Positions 19,343 to 29,004 of a DNA stretch of 64,000 bases are shown here, one piece after another (position 1 is the stretch's first letter; every line of letters starts with the position of its first letter). Below the pieces are notes generated by a model. The model saw nothing but the letters and a program-made list of their open reading frames with translations, was not told the origin of the DNA and did no database searches. The position numbers and the translations under genes are program-made. This DNA is from an uncultured Spirochaetota bacterium (GTDB taxonomy: Bacteria; Spirochaetota; Spirochaetia; SZUA-6; Fen-1364), in the NCBI GenBank assembly GCA_963845535.1, contig CAWJSK010000012.1, positions 768,001 to 832,000 of the forward strand. The letters are read 5' to 3'.

Positions 19343-19791
19343 GAGTGGTCTTCCTTCGTCTTCTCCGTGAGACGTATGCCGGTGATCGTCATCTGCTTGT
19401 CCACGGCCTTGCACATGTCATAGAGAGTGAGCGCCGCAACGCAGACGGCTGTCAACGCTTCCATCTCTATTCCGGTGCTTTCCGTGCACACGGCGCGGGA
19501 GGTTATCTCCACACCCTCCGAGCACAGGGCAAGGTCCACGGAAACATGGTCGATCCTGATGTTGTGGCAGAGGGGCACGAGCTCCGAGGTCCTCTTCGCC
19601 GCCGAGATGCCCGCCACGCGCGCCACGGCCAGCGCGTCCCCTTTTTTCAGGAGTCTCTCTCTGATCAAGCGCAGGGTTTCCGGCTGCATGAGGACGGTCC
19701 CCGCGGCGCTTGCGGTGCGGCGAACGCGCGGCTTGGAGGAAACGTCCACCATGACGGCCTTGCCTTCCGCATCGAGATGGCTGAAGTCCAT
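19339..19791 (-). CDS. moaC: Cyclic pyranopterin monophosphate synthase
   Basis: SHLD, MVDVSSK, KKGD, VPLCH, GIEMEAL and YDMCKAVDK motifs. Confidence 0.95.
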   Translation of the reverse strand: MDFSHLDAEGKAVMVDVSSKPRVRRTASAAGTVLMQPETLRLIRERLLKKGDALAVARVAGISAAKRTSELVPLCHNIRIDHVSVDLALCSEGVEITSRAVCTESTGIEMEALTAVCVAALTLYDMCKAVDKQMTITGIRLTEKTKEDHS

Positions 19792-19793
19792 CC

Positions 19794-20591
19794 TCATCCC
19801 CCGATCTGCGACATGGCGCGGTTGCGGCACGTCCCGCCGCGCTCGGGCTTGGAAAAGACCGCCTGCCTGAGGCTGTCTTCCAGCCGGGAGAAATCGAGCT
19901 TCACCTCCAGGTCGCTGTGAAGGCAAGGCTTGAGCATGCCGTCCGCCATGAGCCTGATCCGGTTGCAGCGGGCGCAGGACGGGGGCCTGTCGAAACCGTA
20001 GGAATCCGTCTTCTCGCGGCCCAGCTCGTAATGGTTGATGAGCTGAAGCTGCAGGCCGCGCTCCACGCAGAACCGTCTCATCCCCTCGATCTCTTCCGGC
20101 CGCGTGTCCTCCAGCACGACCATGTTGATCTTCACGGGGAACCCCTCCTGACGCGCCGCCTCAATGCCGGCCAGGGCATCCTCAAAGCAGCCCCCGCGGG
20201 TGAGGGAACGGTATTTTTCCGCCTCGAGCGTGTCCAGGGAGATGTTCAGGCTGTCCAGCCCGGCCTCTCGAAGGGGCCTGGCAAACTTCGCAACGAGCGT
20301 GCCGTTGGTGGTCATGGCCAGGTGCTCCAGGCCCTCGATGTCGGCAAGCATCCGCGCGAGGTCTGCGATGCCGCGCCTCACGAGCGGCTCTCCGCCGGTA
20401 AGCCTGATCTTTGTGACGCCGAGGCGCACGGCGGCCCGGGCCACCTCCGTCATCTGCTCGAAAGAGATCAGGTCCTCATGGCGCCGCGGCGCAACGCCTT
20501 CCGGGGGCATGCAGTAGCGGCAGCGCAGGTTGCACTTGTCGGTGACGGATATGCGAAGATATGTGATGGGGCGATCAAAACGGTCGAACAT
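19794..20591 (-). CDS. moaA: GTP 3',8-cyclase (radical SAM)
   Basis: YLRISVTDKCNLRCRYC, LTGGEPL, CARCNRIRL...PCL and C-terminal MSQIGG. Confidence 0.95.
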   Translation of the reverse strand: MFDRFDRPITYLRISVTDKCNLRCRYCMPPEGVAPRRHEDLISFEQMTEVARAAVRLGVTKIRLTGGEPLVRRGIADLARMLADIEGLEHLAMTTNGTLVAKFARPLREAGLDSLNISLDTLEAEKYRSLTRGGCFEDALAGIEAARQEGFPVKINMVVLEDTRPEEIEGMRRFCVERGLQLQLINHYELGREKTDSYGFDRPPSCARCNRIRLMADGMLKPCLHSDLEVKLDFSRLEDSLRQAVFSKPERGGTCRNRAMSQIGG

Positions 20592-21741
20592 CGACCTCTG
20601 CTCCTTCTTCCAGCGTGTCAACGCCCTTTTCCACGCGGATCAACCCGTCAGCGTCAGCCAGCGCATTCAGGTGCGCGGACCCGTGGTAAGCAACGGGCAC
20701 GACCCGCCCGTCACGGGCGCTCACGGGGAGAAACTCGGTGCGGTCCACGCCCCTCCGGTGCACCCTCGCGCCCAGTCGGGCGCGAAAAACGTGAGGCTTC
20801 CAGTCCAGGCCCATCCAGCGATGCAGAAACGGCTTCACGAATATCTCGAAAATCACGAACGAGGACACGGGGTTTCCCGGGAGGCCGAAGATGAAGCGTT
20901 CCCCGCGTCGGGCAAAGAGAGTCGGCTTGCCCGGTTTGACCGCGACGCCATGAAACAGGACTTCCGCGCCAAGCTCCGAGAGGCAGCGAGGCACGAAATC
21001 GAAGTCCCCGGCTGAAACGCCGCCGGTAAGGAGAACCAGCTCACAGGAGGAAAGCGCGGATTCGATGGCCCGGGAAAGCGGCGCTGGCTGGTCGATCACC
21101 ACGCCAAGAAACCGCGTAGGGCAGCGCAAGGGCGCAAGCTGGGCCACGAGTTGCGCGGCGTTGCTGTTATAGATCTCCCCGGGCCCCAGCGGTTCTCCCG
21201 GTGAACGAATCTCCGATCCAGTGGAAATGATGCCGACCGAGGGAGCGTTCATGACGGCCACCGACGCGAACCCTGAAGCGGCCAGGATCCCGACGTCCTG
21301 GGCGGAGAGCATCTTGGGAAGGAGAACGGTGTCCCCTGCGCGCAGGTTCGCGCCGCGGGGAATCACGTTGTCCCCCGTTTCCGGTCCCATCACCGTGATG
21401 CTCCCGTCCATCTCCTCCACCAGCTCCTTGCGGATGACCCGGCCCGCGCCAAGAGGAAGCATGGCGCCGGTCATGATACGGGCACACTCCCCTGCGCGAA
21501 GCCCGCGTGTGGGGGCGCCCCCGGCCGCGACGACCTCCACAATGCGGAAGCTCACCGAGCCGTCATCGGACCTGACGGCAAATCCGTCCATTGCGGATTT
21601 CGAAAACGGCGGGGAATCAATGGGAGAGCGCACCTCGCTGGCCAGCGCCCTTCCCAGGGCCTTCTCCAGAGGCACCGTTTCGTGAGACGAGCGGGGCTCC
21701 ACCCGCTGGATTATCTCAAAAGCCTCTTCCAGATCGATCAA
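20575..21741 (-). CDS. moeA: Molybdopterin molybdenumtransferase
   Basis: PPFSKSAMDGFAV, IMTGAMLP, STGSE, TGGVSAGDFD, VKPGKP and GLPGNPVS motifs. Confidence 0.95.
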   Translation of the reverse strand: MIDLEEAFEIIQRVEPRSSHETVPLEKALGRALASEVRSPIDSPPFSKSAMDGFAVRSDDGSVSFRIVEVVAAGGAPTRGLRAGECARIMTGAMLPLGAGRVIRKELVEEMDGSITVMGPETGDNVIPRGANLRAGDTVLLPKMLSAQDVGILAASGFASVAVMNAPSVGIISTGSEIRSPGEPLGPGEIYNSNAAQLVAQLAPLRCPTRFLGVVIDQPAPLSRAIESALSSCELVLLTGGVSAGDFDFVPRCLSELGAEVLFHGVAVKPGKPTLFARRGERFIFGLPGNPVSSFVIFEIFVKPFLHRWMGLDWKPHVFRARLGARVHRRGVDRTEFLPVSARDGRVVPVAYHGSAHLNALADADGLIRVEKGVDTLEEGAEVDVRPF

Positions 21742-21812
21742 TCGAAAAAACCTTCACCTGGATTCATCGTACTCGATAGTAACGCTACGAGGCTCAGGGA
21801 GGCCATATTTCG

Positions 21813-21992
21813 TCACAGGTGGGCGCGGTCCGGGCGGCCTGCCGCGGAGATCGTGATGCGGATCTCCCGCTCGACGTCGACGTCATGCAGTGACCGCAGC
21901 ATCCCGAGCAGCGTGCTCAGCACAAAGCTCTTCACGAAACCGTTCAGCCCGACGAGGTCATCCCCGTTCATGATGGAAAGCTCTCGTTCCAT
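21813..21992 (-). CDS. Small 59-aa protein resembling the C-terminal accessory domain of some MobB proteins
   Basis: Manual translation MERELSIMNGDDLVGLNGFVKSFVLSTLLGMLRSLHDVDVEREIRITISAAGRPDRAHL; RBS GAGGTG upstream; below the ORF-track cutoff. Confidence 0.6.
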   Translation of the reverse strand: MERELSIMNGDDLVGLNGFVKSFVLSTLLGMLRSLHDVDVEREIRITISAAGRPDRAHL

Positions 21993-22033
21993 GGTTCACC
22001 TCACACCGCAAAGAGGATACACTCCCCCCGCGC

Positions 22034-22594
22034 ATGGAGCAATTGCATCTGGTCACAATCGCGGGGCTCAAGCGCTCCGGCAAGACCACGGTTGTCGAAG
22101 CCATCGTCTCCGAGCTGCATCTGCGCGGCTACCGGGTCGGCACGGTGAAGACAATGAGGGATCACGCGGACTCGCTGGATGCCCAGGGCACGGATACCCG
22201 CCGTCATGCCGAGGCAGGAGCTTCCGTGGTCGTGGCCATCCACGCGGAAGGGACCTCGCGCTTTGAAAGATGCCGGCCGCCAGAGTCACTGCGGGAATTT
22301 TCCAGCCTGTTCCCGGCCGACATCGACATTCTCATTTCAGAGGGCGTCATTGATCCGTCAGATCCTCAAACGGTCGTCCTTTGTCTGAAAGAGCCTTCGG
22401 CGCTCCAAGAGACTCTCGCAACACGACGTCTCTCCGCGCGCTCCGTTGTGGCCGTCTCAGGACCCGCCGCCTCTTCCTGGGATCCCGCGCTCCTGCCGGG
22501 GATCCCATGGTTCGATGTCGTCAACCCGGCCCAAAAGAAAGCGCTTGCTGACATGTTGCTTGGGAAAATAAAAAAAAACCTGCCCCGATGCTGA
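22034..22594 (+). CDS. mobB: Molybdopterin-guanine dinucleotide biosynthesis protein B
   Basis: AGLKRSGKTT Walker A, RVGTVK, GTDTRRHAEAGA and ISEG motifs. Confidence 0.85.
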   Translation: MEQLHLVTIAGLKRSGKTTVVEAIVSELHLRGYRVGTVKTMRDHADSLDAQGTDTRRHAEAGASVVVAIHAEGTSRFERCRPPESLREFSSLFPADIDILISEGVIDPSDPQTVVLCLKEPSALQETLATRRLSARSVVAVSGPAASSWDPALLPGIPWFDVVNPAQKKALADMLLGKIKKNLPRC

Positions 22595-22902
22595 ACGTGA
22601 TGCTCTAACGGTGGGGCAGGGTCAGGGCTGAAAATGCAAAACTGATATATCAGATAGCACATAAAAGAGGGCTTGTCAAGCCAGTTCCCAGGTCGTGTCA
22701 GTTCCCGGGTCGGACTTCATCAACGGGCGTTGTTGCAGGTTGTTGCCGTCATGGTCTATAATCACTACTATCAGCCGGCTGGGACTGGCGCCCCAGGGGC
22801 GGTGACCACGTTGTCGGCGGCGCCGCGGGCCGTTGGTGCCTGGACGCAGCCCGCCCCTTCGCCGCCAGGTACGGCTCAATTCGAGCAGAGGAGTCAGCAA
22901 CC

Positions 22903-23169
22903 ATGACTGATGAGATGATCGGGAGAGTCATTTCCTGTGTTGTAAAAACGCAGAAACTTCCCCCGGACTCGGTCACGATCGACAGTAAATTCGAGGAGCT
23001 CGGGATCGATTCCCTCGACGGGGTCAACATCCTGTACGCCCTGGAAACGGAGTTCAACGTGAGCATCCCGGACGAAGGGGTGCTCGGGATCAAGAGCGTC
23101 CGTGAGGCCGTGGACCAACTGGACAAGCTTCTTTCGGCAACCGGAACGGACGGGGCGGTCAGGGCATAG
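22903..23169 (+). CDS. Acyl carrier protein
   Basis: LGIDSLD phosphopantetheine site; LETEFNVSIPDE; RBS GAGGAG. Confidence 0.95.
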   Translation: MTDEMIGRVISCVVKTQKLPPDSVTIDSKFEELGIDSLDGVNILYALETEFNVSIPDEGVLGIKSVREAVDQLDKLLSATGTDGAVRA

Positions 23170-23175
23170 ACCTGG

Positions 23176-24393
23176 ATGGAGAGACGAGTCGTCGTCACGG
23201 GGATCGGCGTTGTGTCCGCCCTCGGGAGAAATGCGCGCGAGTTCTGGGGAGCGCTCACCAAGGGGGAATGCGGCATCCGTCCCATCACGCAGATGGACAT
23301 GACGGAGGTGAAGTTTAAAAACGGTGCAGAGGTGCCTGACTGGAGCCCGCAAGAACATTTCGAGGGCAAGCAGGCGGACTTTCTGGATCGGTTCGCCCAG
23401 TTCGCCGTCGTGGCGGCCCGGGAGGCGGTCAAGGATGCCGGGGTGGAGTGGAACCCGACACTCTGTGAGCGCACCGGCATTGTCACGGGATCCTGCGTGG
23501 GCGGGAAATCGTCCGAGGACGTCGGGAACCGGGACATCTATCTGCACAAAAGAGGAAGGCTCAGCCCGCTGACGGTCCCCCGGGTCATGGCGAATGCCGG
23601 AGCGAGCCACATCTCCATCGAGATGGGCATTACCGGCCCCGCCTTCACGCTGTCCACCGCGTGCTCGTCCGCGAATCATGCAATCGGGCTGGCATTCCGC
23701 ATGGTGCGCTCCGGGGACGTGGAGATGGCACTCGCCGGAGGCAGCGAGGCTCCTTTCAGCCTGGCCCACCTCAAGGCGTGGGAAGCATTGCGGGTGGTAG
23801 CCCCTGACACGTGCCGGCCCTTCAGCGCGGACCGCCTGGGAATGGTCCTGGGGGAAGGGGGCGCCATTCTTGTCCTGGAGCCTCGTGAGGCGGCAATTGC
23901 CAGGGGAGCAAAGATCTACGGGGAGATCGTCGGGTTCGGGATGTCCTCAGACGCGCGTCATCTGACGCAATCCGCGTCCGAGGGAGCCGCCCGGGCCATT
24001 CAGGGAGCCCTGCGGGACGCGGATCTTGCGCCGGACCAGATCGGTTACATCAACGCTCACGGCACGGCAACGCTGCTGAACGACCCCATGGAAACGGCCG
24101 CCATTCAACTTTCCCTGGGCAAGCATGCCGGGCGCGTGGCTGTCAGCTCGACCAAGTCGATGCACGGGCACACGCTGGGAGCAGCGGGGGCAATCGAGGC
24201 AATCGCAACGGTTCTGGCGCTCAAGAACTGCACGCTGCCGCCCACGGCCAACTTCACCAAGCCTGATCCTCGGTGCGACCTGGACGTGATCCCCAACACC
24301 GCCCGCACGGCTGAGGTTGAATACGCCCTCTCCAACTCGTTCGCCTTCGGAGGCTTGAACGCCGTGCTCGCTTTTCGGGCGCCCCGCGCTTGA
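23176..24393 (+). CDS. Beta-ketoacyl-ACP synthase II family (NodE-like)
   Basis: STACSS, INAHGT, KSMHGHTLGAAG and SNSFAFGG motifs; LKAWEALRVVAPDTCRPFSADR segment resembles NodE. Confidence 0.9.
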   Translation: MERRVVVTGIGVVSALGRNAREFWGALTKGECGIRPITQMDMTEVKFKNGAEVPDWSPQEHFEGKQADFLDRFAQFAVVAAREAVKDAGVEWNPTLCERTGIVTGSCVGGKSSEDVGNRDIYLHKRGRLSPLTVPRVMANAGASHISIEMGITGPAFTLSTACSSANHAIGLAFRMVRSGDVEMALAGGSEAPFSLAHLKAWEALRVVAPDTCRPFSADRLGMVLGEGGAILVLEPREAAIARGAKIYGEIVGFGMSSDARHLTQSASEGAARAIQGALRDADLAPDQIGYINAHGTATLLNDPMETAAIQLSLGKHAGRVAVSSTKSMHGHTLGAAGAIEAIATVLALKNCTLPPTANFTKPDPRCDLDVIPNTARTAEVEYALSNSFAFGGLNAVLAFRAPRA

Positions 24394-24420
24394 AAGCCCG
24401 GAAGGGTTGAGCGGTTCCCT

Positions 24421-26502
24421 CTATTTCTGGGTCATCACCCAGACTCCGCTCCACCCTTCCTGGGGTGGAGCCGCGGCAAGCTCGCGGCACTTTTCCACGT
24501 AGCAGGAAGCCGGAGGGTCATCAACAGCTATGCCCTCGAAGATGCGTCGGGCAGCGTCAAAATTGCCGGCGTAGTATTCCTGAAGCCCTCTGTCGAACAC
24601 CTCGAGGACCGGCTTGCGCCGCTCGTAGACATCCGCGGTCATGGGCTCGTAGACCGTGACGGGCTCCTTGCGCCCCACAACGGCAATCCGTGAAAGCTCG
24701 CGCAGCGGGAACGCGCCTCCGAGCCGCTCCTTCACCATGGCGGAAATCATGGTGTACGTCTTGAACTGCTTGTTGACGCCTTCCAGCCGGGAAGCAAGAT
24801 TCACCGCGTCTCCCAGCATGGTGTAGTTGAACTTCGTGTGGGATCCGAAATTGCCGACAACGGCGGGCCCTGAGTTGATCCCGATCCGCTTGTAGAGGTC
24901 CTTCTTCACGCGCGCGCGGAGGACGGGCCGCATCTCATCCAGCTTTGTCTGGCAGCGAAGCGCGGCGCGCACGGCACGCTCGGCGTGGTCATCCTGGGAA
25001 AGGGGAGCGTTCCAGAAGGCAATGATTGCGTCCCCTTCGTACTTGTCGATGGTGCCGCCTTCCTCCTGGATGATGTCGGTCATGGCGGTCAGGTAGTCGT
25101 TGAGAAGGACCGTCAGCTCTTCCGGCGTGAGCGCCTCGGATATCGACGTGAACCCCTGGAGATCGGAGAAGAATATGGAAAGGTCCCGTTTCTCTCCGCC
25201 GAGCTTCAAGCGCTCAGGGTGCGCAATAAGCTCCTCGATGATCGTGGGGCTCAGGTACTGCCGGAAGGCGCTCTTGATGTAGCGCTTCTGCTGGCCTTCG
25301 GTGGCATAGCTCACAAGGCTGGACCCCACCAGGGAAAAAAGCGTCCCCAGCTCCAGGGCAAAGAGCTGCATCCACCACCCCAAGGCGTACGCCACAACGC
25401 TGAAGATGGGGGCAAGCGGAATGAAGGCGACGTAAATCAACGCGGCGCGGCTGGCCCTCGAAACGGCGGAGACGGCCACTCCGGCCCCCAGGCAGAGGAT
25501 GAGAAGGAGCAGGATGGTGGCCGCGGCGGACATCGGGCGCATGAAGTCCCCGGAGAGGAGGTTGTCGAGCATCGTGGCATGGACTTCCACTCCCGGGTAC
25601 ACGCCGCTCATGGGGGTGGGCTTCAGATCCAGAAGTCCGGACGCGCTGAAGCCAAAGAGCACGTACTTGTCTTTGAAAACCGCCGGATCCAGGGCAGGCT
25701 TTTTCCCGTCAGCCATCTGCTGGTACGCCTGAAGGACCTGTGCGGCGTTGTAGTTCGCATGGGTCAGCGTCGGACCCCGGTAGCGCAGGATGGCCCGTCC
25801 GTTCGAGTCGATGGGCACACGGACGGAGCCCAGGGACAGCTCGCCGGGCTTGATGGCGGGCGCGCCTGCCGATGGGTTGCCGATGAGCCAGGCGGCCAGA
25901 GCTTCGGATGGGATCACGTGATTGTCAAAAACGCTGAAAAGAGGCTCGCGTCGGTAGACTCCGTCACTGTCGGAGGGAAGGTTCGTCGTTGCAAGAAACC
26001 GTGCGCTCGTGATCAGCTCGGGGATCGGAAGCTGGGCGCTGGCGTAGACTACGCCGGACGGATGGCTCCCCGCCAGCCACGCATCCAGGCCCCTCACGTC
26101 GATGCTGGCAGCCCCGGCGGGCCAGGTGGTGGACAGCCCCTGCGCCGCAAGGGCACTCAACTGCATGGCCCCGACGACGCTTCCGCTTTGCTTCAGACCG
26201 TCCGCGAAGCTCGTGTCATCATCCACACCGTAGGACGATGGCTCGGTGTACAGGACATCGAAGATGACAGCCTTTGCGCCTCCCTGTTTGCAGAAATCGG
26301 CAATGATTCCGTACAGCTCGCGAGGCCACGGCCACGACAGGCCGTTCACGTCCTTGCCCCAGGCGAGGCTCTTGTCGTCGAGCATGATCGTGACGACCTG
26401 CCCGGTGGCCTTTCCCGGACGCTCCAGGAGCCGCGCGCGCATGTCCCACGTGCGGTACTCGAATACATCCAGGGCCCGCGGGAACCAGAGCGCCGCCGCC
26501 AC
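24421..26502 (-). CDS. CHASE2-domain class III adenylate/guanylate cyclase
   Basis: WPWPR, IFDVLY, DSDGVYRR and PGVEVHA (CHASE2); three TM helices; FSDLQGFT, IDKYEGDAI, RIGINSG and GDAVNLASRLE; true start uncertain. Confidence 0.9.
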   Translation of the reverse strand: MAAALWFPRALDVFEYRTWDMRARLLERPGKATGQVVTIMLDDKSLAWGKDVNGLSWPWPRELYGIIADFCKQGGAKAVIFDVLYTEPSSYGVDDDTSFADGLKQSGSVVGAMQLSALAAQGLSTTWPAGAASIDVRGLDAWLAGSHPSGVVYASAQLPIPELITSARFLATTNLPSDSDGVYRREPLFSVFDNHVIPSEALAAWLIGNPSAGAPAIKPGELSLGSVRVPIDSNGRAILRYRGPTLTHANYNAAQVLQAYQQMADGKKPALDPAVFKDKYVLFGFSASGLLDLKPTPMSGVYPGVEVHATMLDNLLSGDFMRPMSAAATILLLLILCLGAGVAVSAVSRASRAALIYVAFIPLAPIFSVVAYALGWWMQLFALELGTLFSLVGSSLVSYATEGQQKRYIKSAFRQYLSPTIIEELIAHPERLKLGGEKRDLSIFFSDLQGFTSISEALTPEELTVLLNDYLTAMTDIIQEEGGTIDKYEGDAIIAFWNAPLSQDDHAERAVRAALRCQTKLDEMRPVLRARVKKDLYKRIGINSGPAVVGNFGSHTKFNYTMLGDAVNLASRLEGVNKQFKTYTMISAMVKERLGGAFPLRELSRIAVVGRKEPVTVYEPMTADVYERRKPVLEVFDRGLQEYYAGNFDAARRIFEGIAVDDPPASCYVEKCRELAAAPPQEGWSGVWVMTQK

Positions 26503-26577
26503 GGCGGCCGCAATGACCCCGACGATGCCTCCCTGAAGAGCTCGGCGCAGACCAGGAGGAACTTTCCTTGCGCCTGC

Positions 26578-27483
26578 TCACGGCCCAGATGTTCCCGAGC
26601 GCGGCCTGGTAGCGTGCCTGCCGGGCGGCCTGCGCCTGCGGAGGCGTGTGACGCCTCCAGTTCGCTGCCAAGCGTCTCATCCACCTTCTCGATCCTGTCC
26701 TTCGGGTCCGGGTGGGTCTTTGCGAAATCCAACCCGCCCGGCTTCAACCTGGTCTCCATGACCTTGAGCATTCCCTCGAACGCGCGCGGGTCGTAACCGG
26801 CGTTCCTCATGATCTTCAGGGCCATCTGGTCAGCCTCGAACTCCAGGTCACGGGAATACCCTTTGTTCACCATCGTGCTCACGATATCGCCTATGGAGTC
26901 CTTGAAGATGTCCGTGAGCTGCTGGACGTTGGAACCGCCAAGGGTGTTGGCACGCCAGTAACACCGCAAGATTTTTCCAGCGCCTCCGTCTTGCGGGCCT
27001 CCTTGATGGCGTTCAACCCGTGCTTGAGAACAACGTGGCTCGTTTCGTGCGCAAGGATGGCCGCCACTTCATCCTCGTTTTGCGCGCACCGAAGCAGACC
27101 TCGGCTCACAAGGATGAGGCCGCCCGGCGCGGAGAAGGCATTGATCTCATCCGAATCCATGATGAGGACATGGTAGCCGCCGAATGTCTCGGGCCTGTCG
27201 GAGTAGATTGCCAGGGAGCGCTCGAAGACGTTCAGATAATCCGTTGCGGCTTTGTTGTCGTAGACCTTGCGGGTGGCGAGGATGTTCGCGGCAACTGCCC
27301 TTCCGATGTAATACTCCTGCTCGGGAGTGAACTCTGTCTGCTCCGCGGTCGACGACTTGCTCGCTGCCGCTTGCCCCACTGCACAACATCTCCGATCGCT
27401 GATGCCGCCTCCCATGGCTGGCGCAAGCGGACAAGGACCAGGCCAGGATGGCCAGGGAAAGGATCTCGGATGCAATTCCTCAT
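26578..27483 (-). pseudogene. M48 family zinc metallopeptidase (lipoprotein) split by several frameshifts
   Basis: EQEYYIGRAV, INAFSAPGG and AILAHETSH in one frame; GYSRDLEFEAD and KTHP in a second; ARQARYQAALG tail in a third; scrambled signal peptide. Boundaries approximate; could be consensus error. Confidence 0.75.
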
Positions 27484-27977
27484 TGCGCGCCTCCTGTGGT
27501 GTTCAAGCCGCCCTGCTGGAGGAACGCAGCGACCTGGCCATCCGTGGGATTGTAGCGCTCCATCCGGTCAACCCACGTATAGTCCACGTTCCCCTCAGCC
27601 TTGTACTGCTTTTCGACGTCCTCGTTGAAACCTTTGCCGGCAAGAGCGACCTCTCCGCTGGAGGCGCCTGTTTGCGCGGTCTGCGAGCCGGCCTGCAGCT
27701 TGATTTCCTTTTCCGTAAGGGCGGAAAGGCTGACCCAGCCGGTAATGCCTTTCTCCTCCATGCTGACCTTGCGCCAGCTCTGCGGCGCCCCTGCGGGCTG
27801 GTCGAGGACGGTGACCCTGTCACCATAGGCCAGAGTGCCCACGATCCTGCCCAAGGCGCTCGGGGTGGCGCGGACTTTGACCTGCTCCACCTGCACGCTC
27901 ATGTGCGACTGGTCCGCGAAAGCGACTGCCGCCGTCATCATCAAGCACGCGGCAACTGCCAGGGAGACTCTCGACAT
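27480..27977 (-). CDS. Exported SH3-domain protein
   Basis: Signal peptide; VRATPSALGRIVGTLAYGDRVTV...GWV SH3b pattern; EVALAGKGFN motif; RBS GGAGG. Confidence 0.85.
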   Translation of the reverse strand: MSRVSLAVAACLMMTAAVAFADQSHMSVQVEQVKVRATPSALGRIVGTLAYGDRVTVLDQPAGAPQSWRKVSMEEKGITGWVSLSALTEKEIKLQAGSQTAQTGASSGEVALAGKGFNEDVEKQYKAEGNVDYTWVDRMERYNPTDGQVAAFLQQGGLNTTGGAQ

Positions 27978-28089
27978 TCCGCCACCTCCTCGACGACGCA
28001 TGGTACCGTGAAATCCGCCCGTTGTCACCCTTTTTCCCGGATGCAGTTTCTTGACATCCCGCCCGCAAATCGGGGAGACTCGGCGCATC

Positions 28090-29004
28090 GTGTGGAAATC
28101 CGAATGCGCAGGAAGGCTGGCGGCGGCGTGGCTTGCCGTGGCGCTTCTTGCCGGGTGCACCGCTTCAGGCAAGGCTGGCGCCAGCGCGTCCGCAAAGGCT
28201 GGTCCGGCAGCGCCGTTCACGCTGCAGAACACGGGCTCAGACACTCTCGTGAACCTCGCGCTGGCGTGGGCGGAACGGTACATGGAGCTTCGCCCCGACA
28301 TGCGGATCTCCGTCACGGGCGGCGGGTCGGGGACCGGGATAGCCGCGCTCATCAACGGGACGATCCAGATAGCAAACGCCTCACGGGAGATGTCCACGGA
28401 GGAAATCGCTGCCGCGGCGAAAAACGGAATCATGCCGGTGCGCTTCACGGTGGCGCTGGACGCCATAGCGGTGGTGGAGAACCCGAGCAACCCCGTCACC
28501 GGCCTCACCATCAGCCAGGTGTCCGACATGTACACCGGGAAGCTCAGGCGCTGGGACCAGGCGGGAGGGGCGGACCGCCCCGTTGTCCTTCTCTCCCGTG
28601 AATCCAACTCGGGCACGTACGTCTACTTCCTGGAACAGGTCGTGAGAAGAGGCAACCCCAACGGGCCTGAGCTCTTCTCACCGGAGACCCTTCTCATGTC
28701 GTCCTCGGAGGGGATCACTTCCGAGGTCAGGCAGAACCCCAACGCCATAGGGTACGACGGCCTTGGGTATGTGACCACGGACATGAAGAAGGTGGCAATT
28801 GCCCGCACGGCCGGCGCGCCATTCGTGCTGCCCTCCGCGCAGAGCGTCCGTGACGGATCCTATCCAATCTCCCGGCCGCTTTTCATGTACACCTCCGGTG
28901 AGCCGGACGGACAGATCAAGGCCTACCTGGACTGGGTCATGCACGACGGCCAGGAACAGGTGAAGGAGCTGGGGTTCGTCCCGCTCCCCGGGAGCGGGAA
29001 ATGA
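28090..29004 (+). CDS. pstS: Phosphate ABC transporter substrate-binding lipoprotein
   Basis: Lipobox LAGC; GSDT, GGGSGTG, ASR, RESNSGT and YPISRPLFMY motifs; start uncertain. Confidence 0.92.
   Translation: MWKSECAGRLAAAWLAVALLAGCTASGKAGASASAKAGPAAPFTLQNTGSDTLVNLALAWAERYMELRPDMRISVTGGGSGTGIAALINGTIQIANASREMSTEEIAAAAKNGIMPVRFTVALDAIAVVENPSNPVTGLTISQVSDMYTGKLRRWDQAGGADRPVVLLSRESNSGTYVYFLEQVVRRGNPNGPELFSPETLLMSSSEGITSEVRQNPNAIGYDGLGYVTTDMKKVAIARTAGAPFVLPSAQSVRDGSYPISRPLFMYTSGEPDGQIKAYLDWVMHDGQEQVKELGFVPLPGSGK

Noticed and set aside
22673..22906. Short ORFs upstream of the ACP gene
   Set aside because: No RBS or recognisable motif; the region is better explained as promoter and leader.
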